From Octopus vulgaris (lineage: Eukaryota), in contig OX597819.1 in NCBI GenBank assembly GCA_951406725.2, positions 61,194,001 to 61,258,000 of the forward strand: DNA of 64,000 nucleotides, read 5' to 3'. Below the pieces are notes generated by a model. The model saw only the letters and a program-made list of their open reading frames with translations, did no database searches and was not told the origin of the DNA. Numbering within the stretch: the stretch's first letter is position 1; each line of letters opens with the position of its first letter. The translations under genes and the position numbers were made by a program. Positions 51,915 through 64,000 of the stretch are shown here, piece by piece.

Positions 51915-52270
51915 AAGTGGCACTCCGTCGGTTACAACGAGGAGGGTTCCAGTTAATCCGAACAACCGGAACAAGCAGTCGTGAAATTAACGTGCAAGTG
52001 GTTGAGCACTGTACAGACGCTCGTACCCTTAATGTAGTTCTCGGGGTGATTCAGCTTGATACAGAATATGACAAGGCTGGACGTTTTGAATTACAGGTAC
52101 AACTAGTTTTAGTCAGTTGGTTAGACGGGAGCAATGTGAAATAAAGTGTCTTGCTCAAGTATACAGGCGCCGCCTGTGAAATAAAGTGTCTTGCTCAAGT
52201 ATTCTGGCGCCGCCAGAAATCGAACTCACAATCATGTGATCGTCAAGCGAATACCCAAACCGCTCAGCCG
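51915..52270 (-). mobile_element. tRNA-derived SINE, family D
   Basis: Minus-strand head ggctgagcggtttgg...gagttcgatttc and cttgagcaagacacttt core (duplicated 36 bp); related fragments at ~57225-57380 and 63590-63660. Confidence 0.7.
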
Positions 52271-53219
52271 TATGGAAGAAATACATAGCGTATTGAACAA
52301 CAATTAAACCATAAATAATCGTTCTGAAATCTTGAAAATAAAACATTAAGAAGAATCTTGTGGATGAAATGACATGGTTTTACGAGAAAATATGCAGCAG
52401 GAATTGTCTTATGATATTGAGATAATATTTTGTTAAGATTTCCAGAAATTACAATCTTTCTAGGGGTCAATTTTACTTTTTTTTTTGTCCATATGGATGT
52501 AGTTGTAATAATAATAATTATAATAATTATCGCCAATCATATACTAATGCTCATTGAAGCCAATGAATTCTTCCTCTACAATTGTTCACCTTGTGCCAAC
52601 GTAAGAAATAAAAAGATCGATATTCATGTACAACAAACCTTTTAACTCATACGTATTAAAACTCATACGCACTTAATTCATTCTGTCTGTCTGTCTGTCT
52701 CTCTCTGTCTCTCAAGCTGTCGCTATATTAAAACAAGACAATCCTCCGTTAGTCTTTTATATTAGAACCTCCTTAACAATCCTTTAGCTGCCAATGTCAG
52801 AAATAATTCAACACACCACGAACAATCAAACTGACTTCAGCATTTTACCAATTTCTTAAAATAAGTAATAAATCTGACGGCATTTATTTCTGTTCAGAAG
52901 ATCGTACATCACTTTCTGTCACATAACTACAGCCACTTCTTTCTTCTAAGTTACTTCCAAGTGATACCTGTCATCTAGAATTTCACTGTCTTCGAAATGT
53001 TCTTCTCTACATGCCACTCCACACTTGGTTTTGAAGGAGGGTGGAGGAGCTGACATTTGATTTCTTTTTCTCATACTTTTGTTATATTTATTTTATAATT
53101 TTCTTTTTCTTCTGAATTTTGCGTCTCGTATTTCTCCTCCCATCTATGTAAAGCTGTCGCGATCAGCTGCGATGCTTGACTAATTTTATCTTACCTCTTT
53201 TTCAAATCGATATTTAATT

Positions 53220-53429
53220 TTATTCTACTACTACTACTACTACTGCTGCTGCTACTATTACTATCAACAACAACAGCGACCTCACCACCACCATCACTGC
53301 TACCACCACCACCACCACCAATACCACTACCACCACTACCACCACTACTACTACTACTACCAACAACAACCTCATCAACATCATCACTGTCGCCACCGCC
53401 GCCACCATCACCACCACCACCACCACCAT

Positions 53430-53465
<36 letters not shown>

Positions 53466-53466
53466 A

Positions 53467-53510
<44 letters not shown>

Positions 53511-53585
53511 CAACAACAACAACCTCATCAACATCATCACTGCCGCCGTCGCCACCACCACCACCACCATTACTACTAGTAGTAG
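53220..53585. repeat. (ACT/ACC)n triplet repeat with internal duplication
   Basis: Direct reading. Confidence 0.92.
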
Positions 53586-55003
53586 TCTTCCAATAGAAGC
53601 TGAAAGCTCAGTTTTCTGTTCTGATGCATTGTTTCTAAAACTTGTTGATGTTGTCTTCCTATATTAATATCTTAAATCGTATTTATTGTTGGTTGCTGTC
53701 GGTAATCATTGAAGACGTCGCAGGAGAGACAGAATTCAGGGTAATCTTACATATTTCAGGATATTTTTTGGAAGAATGAACAACCGGAGTGACTTTCTAA
53801 TTTTGTAGGCCTCTTTACTTAGATTCGGATTGACTAGAAGTCCAAGAATAACCTCAACTGAATAGCAATTGAAGACCTGTATGCGTCCATGCATCTATCC
53901 ATCTATGCATGCATGCATGCATCCATCCATCCGTCCATTCATTCATTCATTCATTCATTCATCCATCCATCCATCTTCTCTGTCCACAGTTGGAGTAGAG
54001 TCCTCAAGCACCTAATCCATAAAGTCCTATCTGAACCATTCATTAATGCATTTTCCTTTTGGATACCCATGCATAACAAACTGCCTTGCATTTTTTTCTT
54101 TTCTTTTTCGGGGAGTGGGAGAGGGGTTGGGCCCGGCTCTTTACATTTTGAGTTCAAATCTCGGCAGGATCAACTTTAGCTTTCATTCTTTAGGATTTGT
54201 TAAAAAAAAAAAACAATCAAGTTTCCCCGTAGATATAATTGACTGGTCTCTTCCACCAAATTTGAGTCCATGTGCCTGTGTAGGAAATCACTATGGCTAT
54301 GGCGTGTCGCTTTAACAAAATCTGATCTTCTCAAACGAAAATCTTATGCGAGGAGTTTTTATATTATAACTTAACGAAGCGTTCATTAAAATACACACCT
54401 TTCCTTTAGTTAACAGTCTGTGCTTATCTGTAATGACCGTATATAGTTATGTAAACTGAGACAGAGATAGCTGACCTTTTCGTTACCATAGGTGTTGGCA
54501 TGAGTGTACTGTAAGAATCTTGCTTCTCAAGCACATGGTTCTGGATTCAGTCCCACTGTGTAGCACATCGGGCCACAGCAACCTCACCAACACCATTACT
54601 GTTATCAACACCACCACCACCACCAAGGTTGCACTCAGACAGGTTGATGTCAAAAGGGTTAAATGTCTTCAACAATGGACATATCGCAACGCAGATAACA
54701 GGGTACAAACCATTAAACTACCGGTTGGTATACTGACACTTTACTGGGCGCTTGAGTTCTTTTTTAAATTCTTTTCTGAGTTATCATCACAATGTAGATT
54801 CTAACATCTAATTATATTTCTCGGTTTAAAAACACAAATACACATCGTAAACGTGAAATATTGTGTGGTGTATACACTTAAACAAGAGACACGATCGTAA
54901 CTAGGTTTGTCTTGTATTCATTCATTAATTCATGTTGTTGTTGCTGTTGTTGGGTTCCTAGTCGGTCTGATCGATCGGGCAAGCCCAAACAACCACAGCA
55001 ACA

Positions 55004-55118
55004 GTGGAGGCGCAATGGTCCAGTGGTAAGGGCAGCGGACTCGCAGTCGCAAGAACGCGGTTTCGATTCCCAAACCGGGCATTGTAAGTGTTTATTGAGC
55101 AAAAACACCTAAGCTCCA
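55004..55118 (+). mobile_element. SINE family C head
   Basis: gtggaggcgcaatggtccagtggtaagggcagcggactcgc. Confidence 0.85.
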
Positions 55119-55579
55119 AGTTGTGGATCTTCAAGTTGCCACACGCATTCTTAGTAGCTTAGAGTAGGCTCGAATTAGAGATTATTCTTTGTGGCTAATG
55201 GCGTGAGTCCTGATTGGAAAAAAAAGACAGCAGCAACAACAACAACAACGACGACGACGACGATGACAACAACATATTTGAGTTTGTAAAAGAACTATAC
55301 GGTGTGTTTATTTTAATGGCCTGTAAATGAATACAGTAAGTTTCTTTGCCCTCAGAAGACGGCTAGAAATGAAAACAAAATTAAAAGAAGAAAAACTCAT
55401 AATAGTAATAAGCTGGTTTTATATAGTATTCAGGTGGACCACGAATCGTCGGAAAAAGTTAAAAGCAGTCATAAATTCAACTTAAGAAGGATGACAACGA
55501 TAGCCAATAATACATGTATAGAACGCAGGAAAAAAACACCGAACCCCACCCTCGCAAAAAGGGAACAGTAAAAGAACAG

Positions 55580-55760
55580 TAAAGCTGTTGAATTTCAAGA
55601 AGCATGGAATTTTTGAAAGCTACAGAGTCCTGACAGCTAACAACCATCGAAGGTAATTTATTTCATGCTTCAATAATTCTGAGTATGAAAGAAGTGCTTC
55701 CGAAGGTTATGGGTGCTGCGATGTTTTTGATTTTGTAAGCTTATCCACGGGTGGTAGAGA
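55580..55760 (-). pseudogene. Decayed CR1-like LINE ORF2 C-terminus
   Basis: RG*AYKIK / THNLRKHFF / LRIIEA*NKLP..VVS (cf. RGH..K..R..FF..R....WN.LP). Confidence 0.7.
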
Positions 55761-56411
55761 TATAAAGAATTTCACTTACAACCATTTCGTCTTTGTTTTC
55801 AGTTGTGTATATAGGACTACATTATTCAACGTGTTCTCTCTATTTGATATAAGGGGACTATTTCATGGAGTATTCATTGCTATTTCGAGTAGACCACGAA
55901 GAGGGTCCGTTGTTCGCTCCTCATTCATTTATGCCTAGCGTCGTCTTGATATATTTCTCTTTTATCTCTGAGATTAATATCCAGAATATTAGGTTTTTAT
56001 CTTAATTTTATATTTTCATCGCAACCGTAACAGTGTAAAAGAATTAATATTTGATTACTCCTTTCTTTCTCTCACCCCTGGCTTCTATATTTTCACAGCA
56101 CGATACAGCAATTCATCTCCCGTCCGCGTTCAATTTCTATCATTTCTTTACTTTCCATCTTAAGCCTCATAATTAATAACTCGTACATTCTCATCTTTCT
56201 TTCATTTCTGAATTTCCATGCTTCGTTAGTTACAACCATCCATGTTCGCGAATCCGAGACCTCCAGGACATCAGTCCCACTTTGTCTTGCTAACTATTTT
56301 GCACCGTGTGAAGCCTTGTGCTTTAATTGCTTTGGGGCTTAAATTTACGTGTCGCTTAATCTTCGAAGTTCACTGGGTCATGTTCGGGTTAGACATTTAA
56401 TGGTAATAGTC

Positions 56412-56649
56412 AGTCATTCGTTAAATATTAGTAAAGCTAGACGCTATGGAAATCCCCATCACCTAACAGATTAGGATTGGTAGTTCAAGAATATGTTGGC
56501 GGTTCTAATTTTCAAACGATATAAATTATATATATATGCTGTGTCTGTGTGTAATTCGAAAACTAGAACCGTCAATATATTCGAGAAATACCACTCCTAG
56601 TCGGCTGATTTCAATACCGTCTAGCTTCACTAATATTTAACGAATGACT
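56412..56649. repeat. Diverged inverted repeat (~100-bp arms) around a microsatellite
   Basis: agtcattcgttaaatattagtaaagctagacg... / ...cgtctagcttcactaatatttaacgaatgact. Confidence 0.8.
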
Positions 56650-56717
56650 TTGTGTATGTGTGTGTGCACGCGCGTTCTAGTTTACTATAGTATACTATAA
56701 TATACTATGGTATACTC

Positions 56718-56880
56718 AGGCGTAGGAGTGGCTGTGTGGTAAGTAGCTTGCTTACGAACCATATGGTTCCGGGTTCAGTCCCACTGCGTGGCACCTTGGG
56801 CAAGTATCTTCTACTATAGTCTCGGGCCGCGCAAAGCCTTGTGGGTGGATTTGGTAGACGGAAACTGAAAGAAGCCAGTC

Positions 56881-56959
<79 letters not shown>

Positions 56960-57178
56960 CGTGTGTGCGTGTGTGTGTTTGTGCCCCCCCCAACATCGCT
57001 TGACAACCGATGCTGGTGTGTTTACGTCCCCGTAACTTAGCGGTTCGGCAAAAGAGACCGATAGAATAAGTACTAGGCTTACAAAAAATAAGTCCTGGGG
57101 TTGATTTGCTCGACTAAAGGCGGTGTTCCATCATGGCCACAGTCAAATGACTGAAACAAGTAAAAGAGTAAAAAAGAA
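56718..57178 (+). mobile_element. SINE family A, full length
   Basis: Reference-like copy. Confidence 0.93.
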
Positions 57179-57554
57179 TAATATATATACATATACACAC
57201 GCTCATAAAAATGTCAATGGATCCCAGTCAGTTTCGAAGATATGTATTCCAGTTTTCCGATCAAGAGCAACATATTCATTGAATTAAAGTGATAGTGGCT
57301 GAGTATTCCGCATAAATTTGTATCTTTAATGTACTTCTTGGGTACATATCGGATGTGACAGTGTATGGGATAAGCAGGTAACCTTTGCAAAGATTTTTTC
57401 GTCTCTCAAATTTTACTCACAAGATTTGGGTCAACCCTGTACCCTGTGCTACGGTGGACGACACTTGAGGAAGATTCCGCAGAGTGGGATATTATTGCGA
57501 AGCAAATATCTTCTATGCTTGCGGTTATATGCATACATACAATACGCTCGCGTA

Positions 57555-57778
57555 CACACATATATACATCCATACATACACACACACTCATATATATATA
57601 CATACATATATATACAAAATGTGATCTCGTGTGTACCGTTGGCGATTTTTTTCCTCTGTCTTCCCTTCTCTGGATCTTTCCTTCTCCTATGTTTCCGACG
57701 AAGAGCTCCGCCCGAAACGTTAAACCCTCCTTCTTTCCTGAGCGTCCAATAATACTATATTTGTTCCACGTCCTCATA
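57555..57778 (+). mobile_element. HHR-bearing ~200-bp repeat (motif 57691-57725, mutated)
   Basis: GTTT CCGACGA A GAGC-TCC-GCCC GAAA CG TT AAAC. Confidence 0.75.
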
Positions 57779-57846
57779 TACATATATACATACATATATA
57801 TACATATATATGTACATACATACATTTATATACTTGCATGTATGTA

Positions 57847-60340
57847 AGTCATTGTCCAATTTTATTTCAAGATTTCTTGCCAATAGAAAAAAATCCGGTT
57901 TCTAATCTAGATTCAAGGATCCTTCGTGTATGTATGTATGTATGTATGTATGTATGTATGTATATGCAGATTTGTATGTTTTATGTATGTATTTTCCTGC
58001 ATATAGTTGCATATCCATTCATGCCCATCTATATTTAAATGATAAACTTCTGAAAAGTTTTACAGATTTTTACAGTTCCAGTGATGGATTGGATCTGTAG
58101 TCTTCGAATTAGCTTTCTACTTTCAGGTTTTGAGAAGCCTAATTTCTCAAAATTGGTAATTAGACAGTGTATTACATATTCCAGGGCTCCAATAATTACA
58201 GGTATAAACTTGAACTTGTAATCTGGATAGAGTAACTGCAGATTTCTCAATAGTTCGGCATAGGTGTTCCCTTTTTCACTTATCTTCAGCCTTATGTTAG
58301 CATCTGCTGGTCAGCTAATTTCCACAATTGTGCACAGTTTCTCTTCACTATCCCAAATCATTATATCAAGTCTGTTGTGCTTGCATTTTATTGAGATCTT
58401 CACTGGTAGTATTCCTTTTTATCATGAGTGGCTATGGTTTCTATTATATTGTGGGTTCTTATTTCTTTGTCCTCGGGATTATCCTCCCGACGAGTTTCAT
58501 CATAGAGTGTCCTAGCTACAACATCATGTCTCATCGATAAATAATACCGTGATGACATTTTCGGACAACTGCTTATGATGTGGGTGATATCTACGGTGTT
58601 AACTCCACAAAGTCTGCATCGGGTGTCTCATTTTACTGCTTTTCCTGCATCTCTATCACTTTTGTGCATCAGGTACTTGGTTGATATTTTCTGTTGCTGG
58701 ATTGCAAACGTATATCCTTCAAAGTGGGAGGTAGTAATCCGGCTATTGGTCCATGATAAACTGCTTTGATGATCGATGTTACTATCATCTCGGAACTTTC
58801 TACTGCATAGTATAGGCTCATTCTTTCATCTAATGATACGTTACGGTAGAGTCGTGCAACTTCTTTGGAAATATATTTAAGGTTATCAGACAAAGAGTTG
58901 CTCAAGGAGCTGCCTTCCAAGTCTTATGATGTTATCAGCTTCGTGTATGCAAACTTGGTCAAGGGATGCACTTCGACACTCGGTGGTTAAAAGATGTTGT
59001 TGAAGGAATATGATGCGACATTCAAAGGCATTTTGGATCGATGTTAAACCTCTGCCGCCTTGTTTTCGTTTTAGGTAGAGGCGGTCTACACCACTGTTTA
59101 TGTAGAAATTATGTGTGCTTGTAAGTATTTTTCGGGTTTTCACATCAAGGGCTCGGTTCTCATCAAGTGTCCAATCAAGCAAGCCAAATGTTGGTATAAG
59201 TACTGGCACTGCAAACACATTGTGCGTCACTGTTCTATTGAATGCAGAGAGTTCTGAGGTCCAAATTTTCTTTATTCGGCTATAATATTTTTAGTGACGC
59301 GTGTTTTGTTACAGGTGCCATTGTAAGATATATTTTCATCCACCCCTAGATACCTGTAATATTCCTCGTCAGATACAGGGGAAACAGTCAAATCATTGAT
59401 GGAGATGTTACTAGTCTCGTTTATAGTTTTCTCCCCTTTGCACACCATATAACATTTATTCTGACCAAACTCCAACCCTATATCCTTTGAAAATGTTGTA
59501 ATTAGGTCAAGGCTCTTTTTTATCTCATGTATGTTCTTTGCACAACGTTTTAAGTCATCCACAAAGAAACAGTGTGTAATTTTGGTATTGTTGTTCCCAT
59601 GTAAACCAGTGAAATATCCTTCAGACTTCCTTAACATGAATGACAAGGGGTTTACAGAAAGTATAAACAACATCACAAAGAGGTTGTCCCCTTGGAATAT
59701 GCCTTTGTGATACTTTATTCTATCAGCGATAATGCAGTCACTCTTTGTGCTTAATTTCAAGACGGTGGCCCACGATGAAGTCAGGTCAGTTATGTCTTTG
59801 ACTATTCTTACTGGAACTTCAGCAAGTCGAAGGGTTTCTAGCATCCATGAGTGGGGAACAGAGTCAAAGGCTTTCTTGCAGTCTGGCTACATTGAAACTA
59901 GATTCTTCTTATGCTCTAGCACCTCTGACATCACAGTTTTGTTGCTTAGTAATTGCTCGGCACACACCCAAATTCCCTTCTTCCCAGCTGCTTGTTCTTC
60001 TGTGATAATGTTATTGGTTTCACAATGGTCCTGGAGCAAGAGGTTTAAACATGTATGTATCTTATACATTAATTTCTGGCATACAATTGACAAGTAGTTT
60101 TGTTTGGTTTTTTCTTACTATGTGGGTGGTTCTGCATTTGGGGATCAATTTTGTCGCTGCTAGAGCTAACCAGTGTGGTATGCTATTATTCCCAATGAAA
60201 GCTTGCTGGTACAGATTGATAACATATGGTCGGTAGAATATTAGCTTCTTGAACCAATATCCAACAATCAAGTCTCTTCCAAGTGCTTTTCCATCCTGGA
60301 CTTTCTGGATCACTGTTGCAGGAGTCTCACCATCAATATT
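57847..60340 (-). mobile_element. 5'-truncated, frameshifted R4/Dong-like non-LTR retrotransposon (RT + CCHC + restriction-like endonuclease)
   Basis: KKAFDSVPH, GIFQGD, THCFFVDDLK, YRYLG, RLYLKRKQGGRGL, CRLCG...ITHIISSCP, RHDVVA, KHNRLDI, IPVIIGAL; (TATG)n at both ends. Confidence 0.9.
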
Positions 60341-60373
60341 GTATGTATGTATGTATGTATGTATGTATGTATG

Positions 60374-60404
<31 letters not shown>

Positions 60405-60861
60405 TGACTTTATAATAGCTCAATAAATCTGTCCCGTATGCAAAAATATTACTACTAATAAACTAATATTATATTTCCTCACCACATTTATTTCTAGTTA
60501 ACTTTTTTATGTTATATGTATGAAATATGTTAACAATTGCTAAGTGTCCTGAATAGAGTCTAGTATCTTATAGGTTACACCCTTTCTCCCTCGAGAGATA
60601 GAAGCAAATAGATGACATGTGATATGTAGAGTTAAGTGTTCTGTTTAAGGACCCAATGAAAGTTTTGCATTGTATTTGAAACATATCGTCTCTTCACCCA
60701 CTCAAGTGTTCATCTAGCATTACTTTCGATGTTTAACATGTAAGGCTACATCTATCATCGCCCCTATGTATGTCTGTACTTGTATTTTGCCTGCGTCATA
60801 GTCTTCTAATATAAATCTGTTCATACCTAGGATAAGTCTTTCCTTTTATTTAGTCCTAGCA

Positions 60862-61147
60862 CTCATAAGGCCGGTCGCCCGGTTTCCATGGCGTATTAGC
60901 GACCGCGATCACATTTCCCTGAACGTGTCGACGGTTCATTTCAGGGTTCAATGTCCGCAATCTTGAGGAGAGGGGACATATCGATTACATCGACCCCATT
61001 ACGTGACTGATAGTCTATTTTATCGACCCCGAAGGGATAAAAGGTGAGGTTGACTTCAGCGGGATTTGAACTCAGAGCGTAAAGAAACGGAAGAAATACC
61101 GCAAAACATTTTGACCAACTTGCTAAGGCTTCAGCCTACATGCCATC
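60862..61147 (-). mobile_element. SINE B body plus family-C-like 3' segment
   Basis: As at 38232-38513. Confidence 0.65.
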
Positions 61148-61192
61148 TTAAGATACTCATAAGAATATTTAATCGGTCCTAATATGTGGACG

Positions 61193-61475
61193 GTGGAGGC
61201 ACAGGGCCTAGTGGTTAGAGCAGCGGACTCGCGGTCGAGGGATCGCGGGTTCGAATCTCAGACCGGGCGAAACACCTAAGCTCCACGCAGCTCCAGCTGA
61301 AGGTAATGGCGAACTTCTGCTGACTCTTTCGCCGCAATTTTCTCTCACTCTTTCCTCCTGTATCTTGCAGCTCACCTGCGACGGACCGGCGTCCCGTCCA
61401 GGTGGGGAACCTATACGCCAAGGAAACCGGGAAACCGGCCCTAATGAGCCAGGCGTGGTTCGAGAAGGAACAAAC
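61193..61475 (+). mobile_element. SINE family C, full length
   Basis: TSD aatat(g/t)tggacg at 61181-61192 and 61476-61487. Confidence 0.92.
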
Positions 61476-61492
61476 AATATTTGGACGGGAAA

Positions 61493-61706
61493 AGGTGACG
61501 AACTGACAGAATCGTTAGCACGCCAAGTAGAATGCTTAACGGTATTTCGCCCGTCTTTACGTTCTGAGTTCAAATTCCGCCGGGGTCGACTTTGCCTTTC
61601 ATCGTTTCGGAGTCGATAAAATAAGTACCAGCCGAACACTGGAGGCGATGCAAACGACTTAATCCTTCCTCCGAACTAGCTGGCCATGTGCCAAAATTTG
61701 AAACCA
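61493..61706 (+). mobile_element. SINE family B
   Basis: Consensus match. Confidence 0.88.
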
Positions 61707-61762
61707 ATATTTGACTGTAAAGGAAAAGTGGCTTTGGTCGGATTTAAGCTCATATATTATGC

Positions 61763-61793
<31 letters not shown>

Positions 61794-62169
61794 CACTTCT
61801 GACTTTGTGTATATATATATATATGTGTGTGTGGTGTATGTGTACGGGTGTGTGTATGTGTGTGGAGTGAGACCATATATATATATATAAAGAGCATGAC
61901 TAACGCATGTACAACATCTGTAAATTGACTTCGTCGCTGCAATGGCAACAAAGGAATAAAATATCTTTCCAAGAAAATATAATATATGAAATAAGAAAGA
62001 AGAACATTAACATATTGGTCTGATGCTATCTTAACTGTTGTTGAAGCTTTATAGACTTATGAATAGCCGATTTTCCAGATGCGTATTCAGTTAAGCTGCC
62101 AGGGAAAAAATCTTGAAACGATTAGCTATAATATATGTTGCTTTTAGACTCTCACTTTATCTGCTTTCC

Positions 62170-62175
62170 GTGTGT

Positions 62176-62251
<76 letters not shown>

Positions 62252-62260
62252 GTGTTTGTT

Positions 62261-62352
<92 letters not shown>
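62170..62352. repeat. (GT)n microsatellite
   Basis: Direct reading. Confidence 0.97.
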
Positions 62353-62359
<7 letters not shown>

Positions 62360-62899
62360 CTGTTTCTGCCAATATAAAACATTTCTACTTGTCTGTCATG
62401 TTGACACGACACACTTTTAAGTCAACCTTTTCACTTTTAATTCCGTTTGTTCCATCAATAGTGTGTAATTGCAATTATGCGATAGCTATAATTTTTTCCT
62501 AAGTGAATAAATCATCTGGAAAAGACAGACACAGCTCTTAAATGTTCATAGTTTATTTTCAGACAATTCGTGAGAATCTTTAATTACCGAATATTTCGAT
62601 TAGAGGAGCGTTTGGTTGTGGATTATACAAATAAATTTCTGAGATAACTTAAGGAATGAGAATGACAGAAGCGCAAGAATATGAAAGAATACTCCCTTTA
62701 TATATATATTACCGTATTTAGTTACACCCCTTTATGTTTTCAGTTCGAATTCCCACCGAGGGTAGTTCTCACTTTCACTCTTTTAGAGCCATAAATTAAG
62801 TAACAGTCAAGTACTGTGGTTGCTGATACGATCGATAATTTTTTTACCACGAGTTTGTTGAACTTGTGTCTGTTAGAAAGAATTATGTATGTATGTATG

Positions 62900-62928
<29 letters not shown>

Positions 62929-62930
<2 letters not shown>

Positions 62931-63030
62931 TTATTCAGTTTTATTTCAAGATTTCTTGCCAATAGAGAAAGAGTCGATTTCTAACCTAGATCCAAGGTTC
63001 ATTCACTGGAGTTTCAACAACATCAACAGG
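62929..63030 (-). mobile_element. 3' terminus of the same R4/Dong-like LINE in (TATG)n
   Basis: ttttatttcaagatttcttgccaatag...ctagatccaagg matches 57860-57920. Confidence 0.8.
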
Positions 63031-63047
63031 ATATGTATGCATGTATA

Positions 63048-63260
63048 GTTAATTCAAACATGAACAAAGAGAAAACACAACAACGCGAGGACGTGGAACA
63101 AGTATAGTGTTATTGGACGCTCACGAAAGGAAAGAAAGATGGAGGATTTAACGTTTCGAGCGGCGCTCTTCGTCAGAAACATAGAAAAAGGAAAGGTCCA
63201 AGGAAGGGAAGATGGAGAAAGAAAATCGCTAACGATACACACGCGGTCACATATTGAAAT
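63048..63260 (-). mobile_element. HHR-bearing ~200-bp repeat (motif 63147-63179)
   Basis: Minus strand: TTT CTGACGA A GAGC-GCC-GCTC GAAA CG TT AAA. Confidence 0.8.
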
Positions 63261-63684
63261 GACCGGAAGGGAATGGGTGTATGTATGTATGTATGTATGT
63301 ATGTATGTATGTATGTATGTATGTATGTATGTATGTATGTATGTATGTATACGCACACTTTATTTGTGTATGAAGGCTACACTTGGTTTCATTTTAAGGA
63401 ACACCTCAACAGTTATTCAAGCCTATCACATAGAAACATTGGTGTTCGTTTCCATTAAAAAATTTTTGTCCACCAATGCAGTGCTGAGCACTCAATCTCA
63501 TTGTTCGATATTTACGTATGTGTGTGTGTTTGTGTGTGTATATCTGTTTGTCTGTCTCTGTGTTTATGTTTGTATATATATATGTATATATATGCCTCTC
63601 TGTCGGCTACGACGACAAGTGTTCCAGTTGATCCGAACAACGGAACAGCCTGCTCATTAAATGCTTTTTAAACCTTTCTGGCAT

Positions 63685-64000
63685 ACGTGGAAAACGCTGA
63701 TCATGTTCATCACATGGTGATGGATGACAGACGATTGACTATAAGTCAAAAAGCCAACGCTATTAGCATATCCCGTGAGAAAGTTGTAAACATTCTGCGC
63801 AATGAACTTGTGATGGCGAAGGTTTCTGCTCAGTGGTTGCCACGTTTTCTGACACCTCATCAAAAGCGCACCAAGCTGATCACATCATGGGAAAATCTGA
63901 CATTGTTTGAGGCAGATCCAGCCGGTTTCTTCGGGCATTTCCTAATCCAGGATGATTGTTTGGTTCATCACTTTGAGCCAGATAAAAAAAAGACAATCCA
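63685..64000 (+). pseudogene. mariner transposase fragment, running off the window
   Basis: DRRLTISQ...VVNILRNEL.MAKVSAQWLPRFLT...QDDC/WVHHFEP..KRQS with a frameshift. Confidence 0.9.

Noticed and set aside
61193-61270. SINE heads as tRNA genes
   Set aside because: A/B boxes are present but there is no proper acceptor stem, and they continue into SINE bodies with TSDs.

Overview
AT-rich, microsatellite-saturated animal non-coding DNA (intron or intergenic). The repeat families resemble those of octopus; this is inferred from pattern recognition, not a search. No host exon can be called confidently, and most listed ORFs are translated (TA)n/(CA)n/(TATG)n/triplet repeats. The window holds: an uninterrupted but 5'-truncated Penelope-like RT + GIY-YIG ORF (Neptune type, ~21651-23643); a decayed R4/Dong-type LINE in (TATG)n (57847-60340); decayed CR1/L2, RTE, Gypsy and Tc1/mariner fragments; hAT and mariner MITEs; about 40 tRNA-derived SINEs of four families; and one tRNA-Gln(CTG). 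The hidden signal is about ten type-I hammerhead ribozyme (HHR) motifs of several sequence families, all in short non-coding inserts in or near microsatellites. They include a 583-nt partially tandem retrozyme-like unit with an inverted 5' arm and a long-stem-II HHR (50708-51587), a canonical HHR (50035-50084, minus), and a U3-A8 compensatory HHR at the 3' end of the Penelope element (24333-24376). All folds were read by eye.
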